Shown here: positions 1 through 12,065 of the stretch, one piece after another
Layout of the letters: each line of letters opens with the position of its first letter
Numbering within the stretch: position 1 is the first letter of the stretch
Assembly: GCF_009914755.1 (NCBI RefSeq)
Contig: NC_060929.1
Length of the DNA stretch: 64,000 bases
Origin: the human T2T-CHM13v2.0 reference genome, Homo sapiens
Strand: one strand, 5' to 3'
Notes under the pieces: model-generated
What the model was told of the DNA's origin: nothing
The model's database searches: none
What the model saw: the letters and a program-made list of their open reading frames with translations, nothing else
Made by a program: the position numbers and the translations under genes

Positions 1-92
1 AGGATATTTTCCTAGAAGCTTCCTGGCTGATGTGCTCTTACCTTCTACTGATAAAATTTGTGTCAAAATACCAAATTATATACCTGGTAACT

Positions 93-475
93 TGATATGG
101 TTTGGTCCTGTTTCCCCACCCAAATCTCATCTCAAATTGTAATCCCCAAGTGTCGGAGGAGGGGCCTGGTAGAAGTTCACTGGATCATGGGGGCAGATTT
201 CCCCCTTGCAGTTCTCATGATACTGAGTGAGTTCTCACGAGATCTGATGGTTTAAAAGTATGTGGCACTTCCCATTCTCTCTCCCTCTCCTGCTTCACCA
301 TGGTAAGATGCGCTTACTTCCCCTTTGACTTCTGCCATAATCATAAGTCTCCTGGGGCCTGCCAGTCATGATTCCTTTTGAGCTTGTAGAGTTGTGAGTC
401 AATTAAACCTGTTTTCTTCATAAATTACCCAGTCTCAGGTAGTTCTTTATGGCAGTGTGAGAACAGACTAATAGA
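93..475 (+). mobile_element. MaLR solo LTR (THE1D/MSTA-like)
   Basis: Begins TGATATGGTTTGG...CCCACCCAAATCTCATC and ends ...CAGTGTGAGAACAGACTAATAGA. Contains ATTAAACC and CTTCATAAATTACCCAGTCTCAGG, typical of THE1/MST LTRs. Confidence 0.9.
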
Positions 476-479
476 CAAA

Positions 480-588
480 GGTAATGAAAATGTCATTGTT
501 GATTTAGCCTAAGCCGAATTTTCCCTCTGGATCTCAGAAGGGGCCCTGGGGTATGTCTGTTTTGTGGGTAACCAACAGTGTCTGCTAC
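480..588 (-). mobile_element. MLT1-type LTR fragment (probably continues to 1-92, interrupted by the THE1D/MSTA LTR)
   Basis: Ends GGGTAACCAACAGTGTCTGCTACA, the reverse complement of an MLT1 LTR start (TGTAGCAGACACTGTTGG). Confidence 0.5.
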
Positions 589-1656
589 AAATTGGGATGT
601 TTGAAATACAGCTAAACCCTATAGGCTTCCAACATTCTGGCCAATTAGGATGATAAAAATAGAGAAGTTATAATAGAACATATAAATAGTATTTTTTTTA
701 CTCTTTAGATAATCATGTAAAGACATATCAACAAAGAACCTAAAAGACTGCTTTTAAAAAATAGCATATAAACTTTTGAACTCAGTTTGATTGATCAGGG
801 AACAATTAACAACATGCATTTGTCTATACTCACATGCATACACACTGATTCAAAAAATTATTCAAATAAAGCTATGTGTTCAGGAATATTTAGTATACTA
901 AAATAGAAAAATGAAATGGTATCAGGAAGTCTGTAATGTAGTTTATGTTGTTCAAATCATGTGGGTACAAAAAATCTGAGCTGACATATTTAGCAGCTTC
1001 TAATACTAAATACTCAAATACTATGATTGAAATATATAAAAAAAAATGGCAGTTCCAAAATGTCAATGAATATAATAAAATGAGATTATTCTGTATTCCC
1101 AAAAGAAAGAAACCAGTGCCTAAAGGAGGCATGGAAAGGACTCATTGCTCATTTCCCACTGCCTTAGCTGAAATTAGACTCTGAAAGTAGGGGGTTCCTA
1201 AAGGTTGTTGATTTTGGTCAATGGTTCCAGAGATCTGGACTAGGTAACTGATAATGAATCAATAAAAGGATACATTGTTGAGTGGTCAAAAATCTGTGCA
1301 ACTGAGACCATTCTGTAGGGACCTTTTAATAAGCCCAGAGCATATCATAGATTAATCACTAGATAATAAAAGTTGAAGAACATTTTACGTCTGCCTCCTG
1401 CCCCAGTAATCAAGGGTGCCTTATAAGTCCCTTTTACCCCCAGGTTGCACATGAATGACTACTAAGCCTGTTCCCATAAGCATGCAACACCAGTTTCAGA
1501 GGTAGCCTGATTCTGAAAGTGAGAGGCAAGTAGTTGAGAAAAGGAGCTGTGAGGTTATACCTATGCAAATCTGATTGCCACAAAAATGATAGGACTAAAC
1601 ATTGACTAAGAATAGGGCATAAGAGATAGCTAACATACGTACCAAGAGGATACATT

Positions 1657-2184
1657 GTGCATTTGTTATTTCTTATTGTTGTATAACACATGACTATAAA
1701 TGCAGTGAATTAAAACATCACCTGTTTATTAGTTCATAGTTCTGTAGGTAAGAAGTACACATGGACTTAACCAGGTTCTTTGCTTAGGGTCTTACAGTGC
1801 CGAAATCAAGCTGGACTTTTATCTGCAGCTTCTGGGGAAGAATTTCCTTCTAAGATTATTCAAGTTTTTGGTAGAATTAAGCTCATTATCCTTGTAGGAC
1901 TGAAGTCCACTCTTGGTTGGGGATTGATTTAGCTCCTGGTATCCACTCTCAGGTACTTGCCACATGGTCACCTCTAGTGCAGCAATAAAGAGCCTCCATT
2001 GTCAAATATCTTTCATGCTTTAAATCTCTAACTTCCAGTTCTGCTAACATATAAGACTTTCCATCCTCCCAGATTATTTCCCTATTTGAAAATCGCTTGA
2101 TTCATAACTTTAATTAAATCTGCAAAATCTCTCTTGCCATGAAAGGATCACAATGGAAACCATCTGAAAATATAGCCTACCACA
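1657..2184 (-). mobile_element. MLT1 (E/F-like) LTR
   Basis: Contains TTTATTAGTTCATAGTTCTGTAGG...TCTGGGGAAGAAT...GTAGGACTGAAGTCC and the terminus TAGCCTACCACA. Confidence 0.75.
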
Positions 2185-2229
2185 GTGGTGCAGAAGTGTT
2201 CAATACTCACACACTGAAACATTTTATAG

Positions 2230-2560
2230 TGAGGTTTTAGGGCATCACAATAAAAATAGAAAACTAAACGTTTCTCCAGAGAATAAACTAGATTATTTAC
2301 AAAGGAATGAGGATCTGTTTAACATCAAACTTCTCAAAGCAGGATTGAATACTGAAGGATAGAGGAGAGATGCTTGCACATTTGTGAAGAAAAATAATTT
2401 TGAATATTGGTGTCTATGCCCAATTATATATGAAAACCAAGTAAATATTTTAGACATAACAAAAACTCAGAATGCTTTAAAATTACTGAACTTTTTCTGA
2501 AAAATTTACCAGAGAATATATTATACAGACAAAATGTAATTAGAGTAAGAAGTCAGACTC
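2230..2560 (+). mobile_element. Ancient L1M ORF1-region fragment
   Basis: ACATCAAACTTCTCAAAGC...GAAAAATAATTTTGAA resembles a decayed L1 ORF1 C-terminus. Confidence 0.5.
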
Positions 2561-2960
2561 AAGGAGAAATGGAAAGGGGAAAAATAGTAAAACATTGTTA
2601 TTTCCCAATAATCTAATTATATAAAGGTAACATGGAATCAAAATACCAAATAATTATCTGGTGATTATTGCCAGATTAGAAAACTTTATTTCTAGTCTGG
2701 TAGAAAGATAATTTCAAGTATTGATGATAACAATAGTTAACCACAGAAATAACAGAACTAGAAAATAAATGTAACTTCAAAATTATTCTGAACTGTGCTA
2801 TCTATAGAGACTTGCCTGAAGCCAAAATGGAATATTGAATATAAAGAAAATGAAAAAAAATGTGCTTTGCAATTGCTAACAAGATGAAAACAGGTGGTAC
2901 TTATACCAAAAATAGAATTGTGGGTACAAAGCTGTAAATGTGTCAAAGAATGATAATCTG

Positions 2961-3190
2961 TAATAATATTGTTACCATTTATTGAGAGCTTAGTAAGCCC
3001 AGGTAATGTTCTAAGTATTAACTCTTTCAATATCTGTAACAAAGCTATGAGATAAACACTGTTATTACATTCATCCCATTTTACAGAGATGGGAACTGAG
3101 GCCCCCAAGGGTGTAATGGGCATGCCCAATTATGCAGCTAATAAATGGTAAAGTCTTGATTCCAAGTCAAGTGTTCTGATTTTAGAAGTA
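2961..3190 (-). mobile_element. MIR SINE
   Basis: MIR core CCCATTTTACAGAGATGGGAACTGAGGC, plus CATTTATTGAG and CAGCTAATAAATGG. Confidence 0.85.
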
Positions 3191-3994
3191 GTACAGTTAA
3201 ATGTGATAGTAACCTTTCTTATCTTTTTTTATGTTCATAATAGGGATAGTTAATTTTCTCTATCATCTATCTATCTATTCGTCTATCAATCAATCTGTCT
3301 GAATCTAGACACAGAATTAACAATATATAAAAAGCAAAATTAATAAAACTGAGATAAGTAGACAAAGATACAAAGTATATATTTTAAACAATTTTCTCCA
3401 AAATCGATTGAAACGTGTCAACAAAAAATTAATGGATCTATTGAAAATGTCAGCAAATTAGTTATGAGAAAGTTGACATTTTCTAGTGAGTAAAGTAATA
3501 GATGACCATGAATTATCAAAAGAACTTCTAGTCAGAAAATTATAACTTGTTAAATTAAAGTTAGGTAGTCAGAAGGAATCACAGCATGACATTCAGAAAC
3601 TAGTAAGTATGGAATAGTTTCAAAATTATGTGACTCAAGAAGACTTAATTTACATGGAGAATGTATACAAGAAACAATAACTGGGGAAACAAATGTGTTA
3701 AGCAAAGAAGTTGTAAGTAGGCAGCAGAAGAAAGTTGTAAGTATGCATACAGACAGCTTTTATCTGTTATTACAAAAAGAGATTTTAGCTTCTGAAATAT
3801 GAAACAAATTATTGTCTACTCAATCCTCTTATGTGTTTTAACCCACAAAAACCATCAGACATGAAAAAGATAAACACCATTTTTATAAAAACAAGAAAGT
3901 ATTAGTGATGGTAAGTATAACTTATAGACTACAGAAACAATTATTAGTAATGAGGGATTTCTAAACAATGGGATATATTTTATAATTTTACAAA

Positions 3995-6598
3995 TAAATG
4001 TTGATAAACATAGATACAATAATCCCCAGCAAAATACCAGCAAATTAAATTCATCAACACATTAAAGAGATCATTCACCATGATCATGTGGGTTCCTTTC
4101 AGGAATGCAAGGATGGTTCAACATACACAAATCAATACATGTGATACATCACATTAACAGAATCAAGGACAAGAACCATATGATCATTTTAATACATGCT
4201 AAGAAATCATTTAATAAAATTCAGTAATCTTTATGATAAAAATCCTTAACAAATTGAGTATATTAGGAACATATCTCAACACAATAAAGGCCATATATGA
4301 CAAATATACAGCTAACACCATACTAAATGGGGAAATATTGAGACCTTTTCCTCTAAAATATGGAATATGAAAAGGATGCCCACTTTCACCACTTTTATTC
4401 AACATAGTACTGAAAGTTCTAACCAGAGCAGTTAGCCAAGAGGAGGAAATTAAAGGCATCCAAACTGAGAAGGAGCAAGTCAAATTGTCCATGTTTTCAG
4501 ATGTTATGATCATATATATATATAGAGAGAAACACTTAAAACTCCATCAAAAAATAATAAATGAATTCAGTAAAGCTGCAGGATAGAAAATCAACATACA
4601 AAAATCTATAGTGTTTTTAATATCCCAATAGTGAACTCTTGTATAAAGAAATCAAGAAAGCAATTCCATTTACAATAGCTACAAAAAATAATAAAATACC
4701 TGGAAATAAAGTCAACCATGGAGGTAAATGATCTCTACCCTAAAAACAATGAAACATTGATGAAAAAAATTGAAGAGGGCACAATTAAATGGAAAAAATC
4801 CCATGTTTATTGATTAGAAGAATTTAAAATATCCCTATTACTCAAAGTGATCTGCAGAGTCAATGCAATTCCTATAAAAATACCAGTGACATTTTTCACA
4901 GAAATATAAATAATTAAAATTCATATGAAATGCAAAAGACCACAGATAGCCAAAGCAATCTTGAGCAAAAAAGAACAAAGCTGGAGGTATCACACTACCC
5001 AACTTCAAAAATATACTACCAAGCTATAGTTACCAAAAACAGCATGGTACTGTCATAAAAACAGACAAATAGATTAATAGAACAGAAGAGAGAACTCAAA
5101 AATAAATGCACATATTACAATCAAATGATTTTTAATGAAATGCCAAGATCACACATTGGGGAAAGGATAGTCTCTTCAATAAATGATACTGGCAAAACTT
5201 AGTATCCACATTCAGAAGAATGAAACTAGACCCTGTTCTTTCACTATAAACAAAAATCAACTCAAAATGAATTAAAAAATTAAATATAAGACCCAAAGCT
5301 ATAAAATCACTAGAAAAAGTCATAGAAAAAATGATTTATAAAATTGGCCTGGACAATAATTTTTTTGAATAAGAACATAAAAGCACAGGAAACAAAAGCA
5401 AAATAGACAAAATGGGATTACATAAAACTAAAAAGCTTCTTCACAGCAAAGGAAACAATTAATAGAGTGGAGTGATAACTTACAGAATGGAAAAAAGTAT
5501 TTGTTTGTATCCTGTCCATTTGAGAAAAGGACAATATCCAGAATACATAAGGAATTCAAACCACTCAATAGCATGAAACCAAAAAATCCAATTGAAAAAT
5601 GGACAAAAGACATTTCTCCAAAGAAGACATACAAATGGCCAACATATATAAAATGTTCAGCATCACTAATCATCAAGAAAATGCAAATTAAAAGCACAGC
5701 AAGATATCACCTCACAACAACTAGAATGGCTACTGTAAAGAAAATAACAAATGCTGGTGAGGATGTGGAGAAAGGAAAACTCTTATGCATTGTTTGTGGG
5801 AATGTAAATTAGTACAGCCACTATGAAAAAACAATATGGTGTTTCCTCAAAAATTCAAAATGCCACATAGTCCAGCAATTTCATGTATGAATATATATCC
5901 AAAGATTTGAAATCAGTATGTCAAAGAGATGTTGTTTTGAGGTGAGCAGGTCTATGCAAACCTATACCAAAGTCCCATGTTTACTGCAGCACTACTCAAC
6001 CATAGCCATATGTGGAATCAACCTAATTGCTCATCTACATATGAATGGATATAGCAAATGTGGTATACATATACAATGAAATACCATTCAGTCATAAAAC
6101 AATTAAATACTGTCATTTGCAGAAATATGGATGGAGGTGGAGGATATTATGTTATGTGGAATAAGCTAGGCACAAAAAGACAAGCACTACCTGATCACAC
6201 CCATATGTAGCATCTGAAAAAGTTGATTTCTTAGAGGAAGAGAGTAGAATGGTGGTTACCAGAAGTTGAGGAGAGTAGAAGGGAGGGCAGTACCTGGAGA
6301 AGTTGGTCAATGGGCACAAAGTTACAGTTAAACAGGAAGTACAAGTTCTGGTATCTTATGACTCAGTAGGATGACTATAGCTAATAACAAGATAGTGCAT
6401 ATTTCCAGATAGCTAGAAGAGAAAATTTTCAATGCTATTACCAAAAAGAAATGATAAATGTTTAATGGGATGGATATGGTAATTACCCTGATTTGACATT
6501 AAACAATGTATACATGCATTGAAACACTGAAACATTATATGGAACCACATAGATATGTATAATTATTGTGTATCAATTATAAATAAAAATAATAAAAA
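3995..6598 (+). mobile_element. 5'-truncated L1MA (about L1MA4/5): ORF2 RT-to-C-terminus plus 3'UTR
   Basis: Decayed ORF2 (GGAATGCAAGGATGGTTCAAC, TTTTCAGATGTTATGAT), L1MA-type 3'UTR (AATTACCCTGATTTGACATT) and an A-rich tail. Confidence 0.9.
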
Positions 6599-8999
6599 TG
6601 GTGGTTTGCAGGTAACATGAATAGACTTTATTAATGTATTAATAATAATGTAATAATATTCTCAAAATTATGTTAATATAAAAGTAGATTCTGATTCAAA
6701 TCTGTATATTTGTCTTTTTTCATTTTTATCTACTATTATATATTTCTGTTTACACCAGGCATTATTATTATCAATATTTATTTTCATTTAATCCTTTGAA
6801 CTAATGGAGCATTTTTTTCTTTCTTGATAAGCAGGATTTATGTAAGAGTTTTTTTGTTTGTTTGTTTGTTTTGTTTTTTGTCATGCTTGCGGATATTGGA
6901 TGTGGAAGAAAACTCAAAGAAATGTACAATGTATGTCCAAGGTGGCCAGAGTGTCTTGATGGATTCTTGTGCATACACTGTTTCACAAAATTTGAAGCGT
7001 CCATCAGAAGATCTTATTGAAAATAAATTTCAAGGAGAAACATCTCCAGTTCAAAAGCTTTCAATCTTACTTTTCTGGTATCTCTCATAATGCTCCCTTT
7101 ATGGGATACTAGTTTCTAAGACACGAGTAAGAGAGGCAAAATTTATATTTTTTCAAGAGAAAACCCCATAAAACTAAAAGTTTACTCTTTCCATTTGGCC
7201 ACATGCCACCTTGAGCTACCTATTCTATAATGTATATCATTAGGAAGACATGTTTTCTTGATTATTTGAGAACCAGACTGGTTTCTATAGTATATAGCAG
7301 CAGGAAGGAAAAGACTATCAAGCCTGGGTCCCAGAACTGATAACACCTCCATAAATAATAAGGTTGAAAAGAACAAGAACACGGTTTGATACATTTTGAT
7401 TGAATCAGGGAGGACTAGCTGGAAAGCTTCAAGGTGGCTGTTGATACAGGTTGATCACCAGCAGAAAGGACAGTCTGGGGTCTACCATTAAATTAGTTCA
7501 ATTTCTGCATCATTTTACTGAAAAGCAGTTCAGTTTCTGATGGATGGGAAATAATCGAGGGGTGAAAAAGAGTTTGGAAAACATACACATTTGAAGATAG
7601 TCATTCGTTCACAGAGCCCATTAGAGAGCTACCTTTGAACACTGGAGAGATGATTTCCCAGCACTTTCGTGGCTGTGCTTTAATAAAAGATGGATCAAAC
7701 ATTATCCAGGAGAAAGTCTGAGGATATGAGGAAGCTATTGGAAGGCTGTTCATCCAATAAAAATATAGAATTTGATTACTTCAGGGAAATTCTGGATTAT
7801 GGAGATGTGCCTTTCAATATAATCTAATGACAGCTGGGAGCAGCAGAGTGACAGGGCTTGTTCATGGCCAGCTAAGAAACAGTAGCGCAGAAAAGTCAAA
7901 TTATATTCTAATTTAGGTCTTTTATGAACACAGGAGGTAACTTGTGGAATTAGAATTTCTACAAATATAAATTAAGAATAATATCCTTAAAGAAGAAAGC
8001 AAGTGATGAAAAGCTTGAAAAGAAAAATTGATGTCCAACTGAGACTTGGAATGTCCACCAAAATGGGAAAAATGTTCTATTAGAGTGAATATGGCTTTGG
8101 CTGCAACATAGAAACTTCAAGTTCTCATTGTTACTGATTTTCAAGAGTCTGTAATCAGTTTATTTTTGGCTGTGATACAAGTTATTTGATATTTTTAAAT
8201 TACTAAGCAATTGATGTTTAGAAAAATTAATTTCTGTACTATTTCTCTTGTAGGCATAAAATATGCCCTGTACAATTTATCTCTTTCTAATTTATTTATG
8301 GTTTTGGGGGCTATTTTTAAAAAAAGTATTTGTATTTAATGAATGCTGAGAAAAGGGTATATAATATTTGAGCAAATGTATAAATATGCAAATAGGCAGG
8401 GTAAAATTTTGAAATTTAAACTGTATTTTTCTCTTTTCCAATTTGTTTCCATGAACCCTGTGTTCATCAGTTGGGCAGTAGCAAGAGGTTGTATAATTAG
8501 TCTCTTGTGGCAGGGGTATATCGCAAAAACACATGACAAATACAAAAGGTTCAACTTTAGCATTTCATACACCTGATGTTAGTCTATAGAGTGAAATGAG
8601 ATCCTACCTCTGTGTGGTCCACAGAAGTAGGGAGGGTGGGAATGAGGCTAAAGTATACACAGGAAACTGCATGGTTTAGAGGTATAAATAAATCAGTGAC
8701 TGAGAGCCATACATATGCTTTATTTAAGGGAGGTTGGAACAAAAAACCTTCCCTGTTCTTTGCCCTGTATGTTGATTCTGAGATGACTTCACAGAGTTAT
8801 TCTTAGTCTTTGACATCACTTCATGCTGGGTTTAGTGAGGTTTTTGCCATCATTTTCCCACTGTTTTCTTTTCTCCCATCAGTCAAAATAAGCTGCACCA
8901 TGCTTTGGCAAGAAGCATCCTGTATCTTACTCTTTAAACCACTTCAATGGATCCAAAGAATGAAGGCTTGTTTCTTGCTAAAGCTGCTAATCAGTCGGC

Positions 9000-9266
9000 C
9001 GAGGAATCTGTTCATCATCATCACTTAAAGATTCAGGCTTTGGAGGGTTCACCTCAATAATTGCTCATTTCATCCAAACTGGTATAAACAGTCAAGAGCC
9101 AGACATTAAATACTTCTTTCTGGGAGTGACACATGTCACTTTCATTCATAATTAATTGGCAAAAGCAAGTCACATTCTTATACCTAACTTTAAAAGGTCA
9201 TGGGGGTCCAAGTCTTCCGAAGTAAGGGAAAACCAGAAATTAGTGAACAGTCGTTATGCTCATCAC
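9000..9266 (-). mobile_element. MLT1 (J/K/L-like) LTR fragment
   Basis: GAGTGACACATGTCACTT...ATTGGCAAAAGCAAGTCACAT motif typical of old MLT1. Confidence 0.6.
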
Positions 9267-9561
9267 ATCACTCTCAGTAGGAATTCGTTCACAGACTCAC
9301 CAGCATTCTGGATCTATAAGCCTGCTATTACATATTTGCTTTGTATCCTGCCTTCTCAGAACCTGGATAGAGAGGACACTCCTTATTTGTCTCAACCATC
9401 TCTGTTTCTCTTATCCTCCTCCTGAGGCCATTGTAATGGCAAACACTGATGCATTAATGTGAGCATAGTCAAGGTACAGTAAAACCAGCAAATGAATTAT
9501 ATCCCAAATATCTTTTCTGGAAAAAGCAATCAAGTCAAAGACTATTTCCTTTGAGCCCTCC

Positions 9562-9819
9562 TATCTTCATCTGTTTGGGCTATTATAAAAATACTATACT
9601 AAATAATTTACAAAGAAGAAAAAAATTATTTCTCACATTTCTGGATGCTAAAAAGTACAAAATCTCAGCTACAGTAGATTTGGTGTCTGAGGAGGGCATA
9701 TTTTCAAAGTGGTATCACCTCCTAATTATCTCCTAAAGGCCTCACCTCTTGATACTATTGCATTCAGGATTAAGTTTCAACATGAATTTTGGAGGTACAC
9801 AAACATTCAAACCATAGCA
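9562..9819 (-). mobile_element. MST/MLT1A-type LTR with internal deletion
   Basis: TTATTTCTCACATTTCTGGA...AAAGGCCTCACCTCTTGATAC...ACAAACATTCAAACCATAGCA. Confidence 0.8.
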
Positions 9820-11009
9820 CCTCTCTTCCTTATGTGACTAGGCCACTGACAATAACTACAAAGGTCACTTATTTCCTAGATTTGTCCCTAATTTCTACAG
9901 ATTCCCATTGCTATCTCAAAACATGTCTGACTTTAGGATCAATTATTTGAAGCAGGGAAGAAGATACCAAAATTTGGTTCCAAATTAGCAAAGTACATCA
10001 GTCCTTGCTTGATGGCAGAGAAAGCTTTTATTTTATTATGGGTACATTTTTACTTTGAAGTAAATACACTTTTCAAAACATAACTTAAATATGTCTAGAT
10101 CTATTCACTGAACAAAAACTAATTGCACACTCTGATATGACTTAGAGGAGTTTCAAAAATGAAAGAAATATGAGTAATTCCTACATGTATCACATTCAAG
10201 AAGTACAGGTGACAGGCAAGCATTAAGAACAAATAATACATTTCAGGGAAAAAAATATGCTGTCAGCGTAGATGTGAGAGGAGTCACTTTAACTGGGGAA
10301 ATAAGAAAAGCCTATGTAAATATGTCATTTCATAAATCTTGTTACATCCATCAGAATTCTCACATTCCCATCACTGAGCCTTCTTTAGCAAGCTGAAGGC
10401 AAGGAAGAGTTTTATTAAGATTCAGGAATAATTTCCAGAATCATACTTCAAACTGCATCTGTAAATTTAGGTGACATTTCCCCCAACCACAAAACCATGT
10501 AGAATCTGATAGGACCAAGAATGTGGCACCATGTCCAGCACCAAAACCATTCTGCCTTTGGCAGTGTCTGGAATCTTCCTTCCTACTCTGTTTCCTCCCA
10601 CCAAAACACGTGTCTACTGTTGCCAGTGCCACAAGATGGATATCACATTCCCGACCTGATTGCGCAATAGATTTGTATCGAACTCTTATTCAGATTCATG
10701 AGGTAAGTGAAGCCTATATTGTGCAGCAAATAATTACATATGGTAATTATCTTAACTCTATGTTAATTATGAGGGAATTGCAATGCAGAAACATTTTTCC
10801 AAACATTGAAGGAGTGTTCCAAAATGTTGGAGCATATAGAAATGACAGGTACCTACTAAAGTCTATCCCTTGACTGCTAATATCAAAACCCTTCTTCTGT
10901 TTCTTTAATATTGAGAAAAATATAGAAATGAAGACACGCTTCTATAAAACATGAATCAATTGCATTACAAATAAACAAAAACATATAAATTTTCTCTCAA
11001 AATAGGAAT

Positions 11010-12065
11010 ATATAATTTATTATCAAACTTGCTTAATTCAGTTATTATTTCTAGTAGATAATTTTATTAAATGTTTTAGGATTTCCAACATACACAATCA
11101 TGTTATCTATTAATACAAGCAGTTTCACTTCTATCTTTCAAATTTGTATGCCTTCATTTTCTTTTCTTGCCTTATTAAAGTGGGTAGAAAAGTTTAATAA
11201 GAAGTTGATTAAAAGTTGAATAGAAGTGGGGAGAATAAAAATATTTTCCGTGCTCTCAGTCTTTAGAGCAAACCATTCCTTGCTTTGCCATTAAATATAC
11301 TGCTTTTGTAAGTTTTTATAGATGTATTTTTCCGGTTCTCTTCTATTTTTAATTTTTGAGAGTTATATTATGAATGAATGCTGAACTCTTTTGCTACATT
11401 TATAAATATGACCATATGCTTTTTCATTTGTTCTGTAAATGCATTGAACTATGCTGATTGCCTTTTGAAAGTCAATTTTGCTTTCCTGGAATACATTCCT
11501 CTTAGATGTGAAGTAGCATCTTTCATATATATATTTCTACTTGCTAATATAATCTTACTGTTTGCATCCATGCAATGATACTGGTCTGTAATTTTTTTTA
11601 ATTATATCTTTGGTTTGGGTGTTAGAATAATTCTGGCTCAAAAATCTTTCAGAAATGTTCCCGCTTCCTCTTTTTTTAAAGCATTTGTGTATTATTGGTA
11701 TTATTTCTGTATTAAATGTTTGATAGAATTCACCAGTGACACTGTGTGGGCTTGTCCTTTTCTTTGTTGAAAGCTTTCAATTACAAAGTTAATTTACTTA
11801 GCAGATGTAGGACTGTTCAGATTTTCAATATTCTAGAGTCAGTTTTGATAACTTGTATTTCTCAGGAATTAGTCCATTTCACCTAGATTGTTAAACACGT
11901 TGATGTAAAGTAAATTGTAACAGTTTCTTAATTTATTTTAATATCTTTAGGATCTGTGGTGGTGCCCCTTTTTAAATAGTGGCAGTGGTAATGTGTGGCA
12001 TTCTTTGCTTCTTTCCCCACCTTGATCAGTACAGCTGTAGATTTGTTGATTTTATTAACCTTAAC
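11010..12065 (-). mobile_element. Old L1M ORF2 fragment
   Basis: Minus-strand L1 ORF2 phrases such as TTGAATAGAAGTGGGGAGA and TTTGATAGAATTCACCAGTGA. Confidence 0.8.

Noticed and set aside
6824-7090. 88-aa ORF with a protein-like composition next to a T-rich tract (possible exon or retrocopy)
   Set aside because: I recognise no homologue, splice-site pair or TSD. It is compatible with a chance ORF.
7400-7900. Unique DNA with scattered TAAT, TCF-like and TGACAG motifs
   Set aside because: Motif density is not clearly above background, and I cannot assess conservation.
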